The notes below the pieces were generated by a model. It did no database searches. It was given only the letters and a program-made list of their open reading frames with translations, and had not been told where the DNA came from. 64,000 nucleotides of DNA, taken from Arenicellales bacterium. Its GTDB lineage: Bacteria > Pseudomonadota > Gammaproteobacteria > Arenicellales > JAJDZL01. Shown piece by piece: positions 58,801 through 64,000 of the stretch (positions within the stretch are counted from its first letter, which is position 1; every line of letters starts with the position of its first letter). The translations under genes were made by a program, and so were the position numbers. The stretch spans positions 2,238,822 through 2,302,821 of the forward strand of contig OZ243952.1 of the NCBI GenBank assembly GCA_965214615.1, given 5' to 3'.

Positions 58801-59373
58801 GATGAAAACTTCTTCAACCTTGTACGGAGTATTGTCGAATTTTTTCAATACCAGCTTCATCGATTCATGAATCGCCGGATCGTCGATCTCCTTCAAAAGA
58901 ATGGTATTTTGCGCTGCAACCCGGTACATTTCGGCGAGCTTTTCCCGTACAGCAACCTGGGGCGCCATGCCGAAACGCGAAGCCCACGGCATGTAGCGCA
59001 CAACTTTCGCACAGAGCGCATCAATCGTCATGATCTGCAAGCGAGAGGGCTGGCGCTCCAAGTCCCAGCCTCTTTGCTCGGAGCGTGCGCGCACTCTCGC
59101 AAGCGCCGCGTTGGCAATATCCGAATTCAGATCAACATTGGCATTCGGATCAAGGGCGTTGAGGATCCGGCTGCGCATTTCGTGGGTCGCCTTGTTGGTA
59201 AACGTGACGGCGAGAATCTCCTCGGGCTCGTCAACCGTTTCGAGCAGACAGATGTACCGGCTGATCAGCAGCGATGTCTTGCCGGAACCGGCAGGCGCCT
59301 GGACAATGAACGACGTATGCACATCAAGCGCGCGCAGGCGCGCCTCGCTGTCTGATAGCACGCGGCCGCTCAT
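55900..59373 (-). CDS. UvrD-type helicase-nuclease (AddA-like)
   Basis: QAPAGSGKT, TFTNKA, VDEFQDTS, VGDPMQSIYRFR, MTIHGAKGLEFD, YVACTRA; C-terminal LDR...IVDYKT nuclease. Confidence 0.92.
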   Translation of the reverse strand: MSGRVLSDSEARLRALDVHTSFIVQAPAGSGKTSLLISRYICLLETVDEPEEILAVTFTNKATHEMRSRILNALDPNANVDLNSDIANAALARVRARSEQRGWDLERQPSRLQIMTIDALCAKVVRYMPWASRFGMAPQVAVREKLAEMYRVAAQNTILLKEIDDPAIHESMKLVLKKFDNTPYKVEEVFIQMLGNRDQWLKCVKWIQDMGLEARDVLEQSLLRSIKRQIDWLIDRFSEELLVEIERLAEFALSNLVVSNNNELKESLDAIVQHGLSRSDDANCAGAVAAWRGAAEFMMTQQGDVRGAVDKRIGFPSDFRDKKERFGRVLAILREQRELHAPLHRMRLMPNPEYDDADWESLKAILDLLPYLVAQLHLEFRRQGAVDFIEVARQAALALGTPQAPTDLNLVLDYRIKHMLVDEFQDTSRSQEELLHRLTGGWQPQDGRTLFVVGDPMQSIYRFREAEVGVYLHALEKGLGSVPLEPLILHENFRSNESLVDWFNKVFKTAFPQTNEADTGSVKYSGSQSRRPGEEGEKVHMRLNVQRHSDGRNDPGTPADYRKEARVNSAGYLVRDIRSFLARAPQGAKALILLRQRSGFAQIRPLLEQAGIEYYGSDLESLKDRQAVQDVLSLTRALSDLGDRASWLAILRAPWCGIELADMLTIAEGDCIWESMNDGQRFAELSEPGQMRVARVRTIVRQAFEARGRLDFRQLVEDTWTLLGGPACVTGADVVNAGIVLDLIESHSDGTGVRFLDRFETFLADLYAVPDADPEKARVHVMTIHGAKGLEFDAVFIPGLERVGRHSDRPLIVWEEPYGESASLLLSPVADLHSEQKNAIYEYVKSLRRSKDEQELVRLAYVACTRAKDELYLYGTVTQKLRDNVQGRMPPKGSVLEKFWKPFIEAKILYEMAPFIPVSVQMAGKEPQESDLVENVVIQEPALVRLPADWKPPAPHPSLEFASKGMESPHSRDEIDFDWAGDVARWVGIVVHEWLQKISVRGIEQWSGEMLRREQPQWKMRLRMLGVESDRVDQAAGRVADLLKNVLDDERARWLLSGNHRQAHSEWRLTAASDGDFRNFILDRSFVDDADTRWIVDYKTGYTDGDVEKFLDEERKRYSDQLQQYGELVSQIDRRPIRLGLYFPSHRGWREWAFEPA

Positions 59374-62120
59374 TGCATATCCTGGCGTTCGTCTTCAGCC
59401 ATTTCGCCGATACGGCACACCGGGGCTGCCGCGCAGTAGTCGCAAGCCCCTACCAGCGGATTCAGGCTCGCAATGCCGCGCTGGTACTCACGCGCCAAAA
59501 ATTCAAGCTTTACAAACGATTGCCGCAGAAATTGATCAATGCCGTCAGGAGGATCGATCTGCCTGTATTTGACCGCTTCGCTACTTACCGCCTCATACGC
59601 CATCCCGCTCACCTGATGTCCCTGCTCGGCCAGCGCGTACGCATAGACCAGCAGTTGGGCCTCCCTGATTCGGCTATCGCCGATCAACCTTTCAATTTGA
59701 CGATCGGCGGACTTGTAGTCGATGATCAGATGGCCCATGAGGGATTTGTCCAGGCGGTCGACCCGGCCCCGGATCGGCATCCCCGCAATTTCCGTGCTGA
59801 CTTCGAATTCCGTATCATGCACCTCGAATCTGTCTTCATAGAAGCGTTCGCATTCATGCAGCCGCCACTTCAACGCGATCGCGACGAGTCGTTGAACTTC
59901 ATTTTCGAGCACATCCGAACTGACAGGGCGCAAGCGGAGATCGTTGGCGTCGAACAGCAGCTTTCGCACAATGGTTTCCGAATCATGACGGAATCGTTCC
60001 CTGTCGACACTCGAATTTTTCGTGTCGAGCCTGATGCTGAAATCTCGCCATTCGCCCTGGAGCAGTTCATGCAGCATCTGATGCATCACGCTGCCGCGCT
60101 CCAGCGCCGTAAATCCCGGAGCGCCTTGATCGACGGAGTCGGACCTGACTTTCAGACGATGCTCGGCAAATGCCTTGAACGGGCAGTTCGACTGATCAGA
60201 CAGCACCCGGATGCCGCTTCGAACCGACTCAGGGTCGGCCACCGAAGGTCCGCGCCAGTCGCGGAACTGTTCTAGCGCGCCGCCCGATTCGGCAATCGTG
60301 CGCTGATAGCCATGATGCATATCCGAAGACGAAAGTCCAATGTCGCCGGCAGGCCGGCCGGCGAGCAGTGCGCTTGGATCATGCGAGCGCTCGCCATCGG
60401 TTCTGGCGAAACTCAGCACCGCTTGGTTCGAAGAACTGATCAGCGCGCCGAGTTCGCGCTCAACGCATTCGCGCATCAAGGCAGGCGATGCCATCGGAAT
60501 ATTGAGCTGCTTTTGAATGGAAATCGGTACAAACGGATTCGGCTGCGGCGCCCCGGGAACCGTATCGTTGTTCATGCCCATAATCCAAAGGTGGGTGAAG
60601 CGCTGTCCGACAAGCGCCTTGGGGCCGCCGATTTGAATCGGCACCTGCACGGCCCGCGGCTGAAAATCCATACTGACCGAAACCCGCCTCAGCTTGGCGA
60701 GCGCCTCGCCGACATGAAACTTCCTGCCCATGAATCCCAATTCTGCGAGCTTTTCAATAATATTGCCCCACTGCTGATGGGCGAGCACTTCATCAGAGCC
60801 AAAAATCCGCCCGCTGCGGGATTTCGACTGGAAGCATGCCATCCATTGGGTGAAGAATCTTGCCCAGAATGACATCTCCGCCGCATCGGGAGCCTTGGAG
60901 TAAAGCGAGAGGGCATCCGAAAGCACACTGTGCAGCTGTCGAAGCTGCCCCTTGCGGGCGCGGCCGATTAATTTCAGGACGTCCTCGATCCCTGCCCATT
61001 GTCCGCAGCGGCTTCTCAGCTCGGCGGCCAGGCCGGCGCGACCGGCGCTTTCCGTATCCCAGCCTTTGATCCGGTCCGACGTGATCACGGCGCAAAGGGT
61101 GTCGGTTTCAACCTGCGGGCTGATCAGGGCGACCAGATTAAGGGCATCGGCCACCAGAGGCATCCTGGAAAGCCGGTCGCCCAGCGTGATGTGAAATGCA
61201 AATCTCTGAGGCTGGCGGTCGGTCAGCAGATCGCCCGGATTGGTGCAGGCGGAAAAATTTCGCCTGATGCGCGACTGCAATGCGCGAAGATTCGGCACCG
61301 CGATGCCAACGGCATGGTTTTCGGGATCTTGCTCGATCACTTCCCGGGCCCAGAGGGCGCAGGCCGCGATTTCCTGGTCCGCTGTATCAAAATCGGCGCG
61401 CACAAATTCAGCAGCATCAAGGTCGGCACTTTGCTGGACCACCACCTCAACCTGAATTCGATGCGCCTGCAACGCCCTGACCAGCCGCTCCTGATGAGGC
61501 GTCAGCGGACAGAATTCGGCCAGAACGACCTTGTCGCACCCGAACTCGTCCGCAATGGTTCCGGCGAATCTTGCAATGTAGCCGGGAACCGATTCAGTGT
61601 CGATCAGATTTTCGGATTCAAGATGCCGGCAATACGCCTGGCGCCATGCCAGAAAATTCCGTACATCCTCGCTGAATTCGGTTGCCATCGATTCCGGATC
61701 AATTTCGTAGCCGCACATCATCCGGTATGCCTGCTGCGCCGTCGACGCGGTCGAGTTCACGTGCCAAAGGAGATATTCAAAGCCGTCCTTGCCAATCCGC
61801 CTGACGTGCTCGGATATGCACTTTTCCCAAATCGCTTCAGTCTGAAGCGCCGTAAGGAGCTGAGGAAGGGGTTCCCCGGCGACTTGTTCCAGCGATGTCC
61901 ACAGATGGCGCAGCCAGCCGATCCAAGTGTAGATTTCCGGCGAATCCCAGCACCGCTTTGCGCCATCGGCCTGGATGCGGTTGAAATGATCGGTCGCGAG
62001 GTGCCGGAGCCGTTCGGTGGCGGCGACGACGACAAATCCCTGATCAGCAAGCTGCGCGCAGCGCTCGACAGTGTTTTGCGAAGCCTTGTCTGCGAATTGA
62101 CCGCTATCCATCGGATTCAA
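59370..62120 (-). CDS. AddB-like PD-(D/E)XK nuclease partner
   Basis: Degenerate helicase fold; CPF..F, GRVDRLD...IIDYKS, QL..YA, CDYC.....C; 4-bp overlap with the helicase gene. Confidence 0.88.
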   Translation of the reverse strand: MNPMDSGQFADKASQNTVERCAQLADQGFVVVAATERLRHLATDHFNRIQADGAKRCWDSPEIYTWIGWLRHLWTSLEQVAGEPLPQLLTALQTEAIWEKCISEHVRRIGKDGFEYLLWHVNSTASTAQQAYRMMCGYEIDPESMATEFSEDVRNFLAWRQAYCRHLESENLIDTESVPGYIARFAGTIADEFGCDKVVLAEFCPLTPHQERLVRALQAHRIQVEVVVQQSADLDAAEFVRADFDTADQEIAACALWAREVIEQDPENHAVGIAVPNLRALQSRIRRNFSACTNPGDLLTDRQPQRFAFHITLGDRLSRMPLVADALNLVALISPQVETDTLCAVITSDRIKGWDTESAGRAGLAAELRSRCGQWAGIEDVLKLIGRARKGQLRQLHSVLSDALSLYSKAPDAAEMSFWARFFTQWMACFQSKSRSGRIFGSDEVLAHQQWGNIIEKLAELGFMGRKFHVGEALAKLRRVSVSMDFQPRAVQVPIQIGGPKALVGQRFTHLWIMGMNNDTVPGAPQPNPFVPISIQKQLNIPMASPALMRECVERELGALISSSNQAVLSFARTDGERSHDPSALLAGRPAGDIGLSSSDMHHGYQRTIAESGGALEQFRDWRGPSVADPESVRSGIRVLSDQSNCPFKAFAEHRLKVRSDSVDQGAPGFTALERGSVMHQMLHELLQGEWRDFSIRLDTKNSSVDRERFRHDSETIVRKLLFDANDLRLRPVSSDVLENEVQRLVAIALKWRLHECERFYEDRFEVHDTEFEVSTEIAGMPIRGRVDRLDKSLMGHLIIDYKSADRQIERLIGDSRIREAQLLVYAYALAEQGHQVSGMAYEAVSSEAVKYRQIDPPDGIDQFLRQSFVKLEFLAREYQRGIASLNPLVGACDYCAAAPVCRIGEMAEDERQDMQ

Positions 62121-63184
62121 ACCGCCGCGTCCGCATCAGCGACTGACCGATGATTCGAATTAGATTGAGACAGCCAGTCCGAAGCGGTTTCGCAAACCAG
62201 TTCGCAGAGCATTTCGATGTGGGACGGCGAGTCGTTCAGGCACGGGATGTAGCTCAGCGACTCCCCTCCCTGTTCGATGAACATTTCCCTGTAGGTCATG
62301 GCAACCTCTTCCAGGGTTTCCAGGCAGTCGGCGGAAAAGCCCGGGCAGATCGCATCGATCCTGGCAATGCCGTCGCTGACGGACTGCTTCAGCACATCCT
62401 CGGTATACGGCTGCAGCCACTGTTTCGGGCCAAAGCGCGATTGAAACGCCAGCGCCCAGTCCTGATCGGCGAGATCCAGCCGTTTTGCCAGGGCGCGAGC
62501 CGTTGCGCGGCACTCTGTCGGATACGGGTCGCCCTTTTCGGCATATTCGACAGGGATGCCGTGAAACGACATCAGCAGGCGCTGCGCACGGCCGTGTTCG
62601 CGCCAATAGGCGCGAACTGATTCCGCGAGGCTGTCAATGTAGGACTCCCTGGTTGCGTAGCTGTTCAGAAACCGAATCGAAGGCACGTAGCGGCGCGTCG
62701 CCATTGCCTTGCCGACAGCATCGAATACGGAACCGGTTGTGGTACTCGAATATTGCGGGTACATGGGGATCACGACGATCCGCCGCACCCCCTGGGCGGT
62801 CAGCCCGTCGAGCGCATCGGCGACGGACGGGGCGCCGTAGCTCATTGCGTGGCACACGATGCATGACCCGGCCAGACGCTGCTGCAGCGCTTGCGCCTGC
62901 CGTACCGCGTTGACGATCAGCGGCGACCCTTCGGCAGACCATATTTCCCTGTACGCAGCAGCGCTTTTTGCCGGACGAAACGGCAATATGGCGCAGTTGA
63001 GCACCAGCCACCACAGAAGTCTTGGCGCTTCGACAACGCGCGCGTCCGATAGAAACTGACGCAGAAATCGGCGCACCGACGGCACATCCGGCGCGTCCGG
63101 GGTGCCAAGATTGACCAGGACAACGCCGACCGAACTGTTCTCGATGTCCGCCCGGAAGTTGTCTGCGAACATAGCCGCCATCAA
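62117..63184 (-). CDS. hemH: Ferrochelatase
   Basis: LVNLGTP, FLSD.RVVE, PMYPQYS..TTGS, MSFHGIP, FQSRFG..QWLQPYT, DCLETLEE. Confidence 0.97.
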   Translation of the reverse strand: MMAAMFADNFRADIENSSVGVVLVNLGTPDAPDVPSVRRFLRQFLSDARVVEAPRLLWWLVLNCAILPFRPAKSAAAYREIWSAEGSPLIVNAVRQAQALQQRLAGSCIVCHAMSYGAPSVADALDGLTAQGVRRIVVIPMYPQYSSTTTGSVFDAVGKAMATRRYVPSIRFLNSYATRESYIDSLAESVRAYWREHGRAQRLLMSFHGIPVEYAEKGDPYPTECRATARALAKRLDLADQDWALAFQSRFGPKQWLQPYTEDVLKQSVSDGIARIDAICPGFSADCLETLEEVAMTYREMFIEQGGESLSYIPCLNDSPSHIEMLCELVCETASDWLSQSNSNHRSVADADAAV

Positions 63185-63193
63185 AAGCCGCCG

Positions 63194-64000
63194 CTATTGG
63201 ACAGACGTAGCTGGAGCACGGGCATGCAGCCTGCCGAATTCTACCATGCGGCGGATCGATCGCTCCGCGCGCTTTCGAATTGCCTCGTTGATTTCGATTT
63301 CATTGCCGCCGGTGCCAAGTACGCGCTCGAGTCGGTCCAGGTCGTTCATCTTCATCCACGGACAATGCGCACAGCTTTCGCATGTGGCGCCTTCGCCGGC
63401 GGTCGGCGCGACAAGAAAGGTCTTGTCGGGCAGCTGGCTGCGCATTCTGTGCAGTATGCCCTCCTCGGTCGCAACGATGAATGTACCGGCATCCAGATCG
63501 GACGCCGCCTGAATAATTTGCGAAGTCGACCCCACTACATCGGCCAAGGCGATTACGCTGGCGGGCGACTCTGGGTGCACCAGCACCCTGGCATCCGGAT
63601 AGCGGGACTTCAGGCCGTGCAGAACCTCTGCCTTGAATTCTTCGTGCACGATGCATGCGCCATCCCACATCACCATGTCCGCGGCCGATTCGCGACGGAT
63701 GTAGTCGCCTAGATACTTGTCCGGAGCCCACAGAATCTTCTCACCCTGTGCGTGAAGATGGTTCACCAGTTTCAATCCGATAGACGAGGTCACCACCCAG
63801 TCTGCCCGGGCCTTGACCGCAGCGCTGGTATTCGCGTAGACCACTACGGTTCGATCGGGATGCTCATCGCAGAATCTTGCAAACGGCTCCGCCGGACAAC
63901 CAAGATCCAAGGAGCATTCGGCATCCGTTTCGACGACCAGGACTGTCTTTTCCGGACTGAGTATCTTGGCGGTCTCTCCCATGAAGCGAACTCCGGCAAC
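63194..64000 (-). CDS. nadA: Quinolinate synthase (5' end lies beyond the window)
   Basis: [37 protein letters not shown]. Confidence 0.96.
   Translation of the reverse strand, partial: VAGVRFMGETAKILSPEKTVLVVETDAECSLDLGCPAEPFARFCDEHPDRTVVVYANTSAAVKARADWVVTSSIGLKLVNHLHAQGEKILWAPDKYLGDYIRRESAADMVMWDGACIVHEEFKAEVLHGLKSRYPDARVLVHPESPASVIALADVVGSTSQIIQAASDLDAGTFIVATEEGILHRMRSQLPDKTFLVAPTAGEGATCESCAHCPWMKMNDLDRLERVLGTGGNEIEINEAIRKRAERSIRRMVEFGRLHARAPATSVQ

Noticed and set aside
60999-62153. 384-aa + strand ORF, and similar long + ORFs at 10991-12091, 38569-39531, 59373-60275, 1799-2638, 50798-51631 and 44591-45373
   Set aside because: Antisense shadows of well-supported minus-strand genes in GC-rich DNA; no recognisable motifs.

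Overview
Bacterial chromosomal window, GC-rich. The gene order (leuS-lptE-holA-proA-nadD-rsfS-maf-yhdP-nit-tldD-pmbA; rpe-trpE-trpG-trpD-trpC) points to a gamma/beta-proteobacterium, which is an inference. Positions 1-20.6 kb are accessory/metabolic: puuA/puuB-like putrescine genes, a stand-alone Cache protein, two Rpn (YhgA-like, PD-(D/E)XK) genes, a peroxiredoxin, a PfkB kinase, an internally deleted M20 amidohydrolase pseudogene, and a TctABC/SDR/ferredoxin-reductase fusion/old-yellow-enzyme/PhyH catabolic cluster. Positions 20.6-64 kb are an almost entirely minus-strand housekeeping block, interrupted by two plus-strand inserts (a methyltransferase and an AAA+DUF4143 ATPase) and by a TLEDWTD-filter voltage-gated channel inside the trp operon. 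Highlights: (1) an Rpn gene followed by a 650-bp-period duplicate in which only the C-terminal small-antitoxin-like ORF and its RBS remain identical while the flanks have decayed; (2) nearly every long intergenic spacer shows nested stem-loops, including one that pairs the bases right after an upstream stop codon with the trpG start codon; (3) a thioredoxin-like [2Fe-2S]-PDR/VanB reductase fusion with degenerate cofactor motifs. No rRNA, tRNA or CRISPR array was recognised. All calls come from motif recognition by eye, not database searches.
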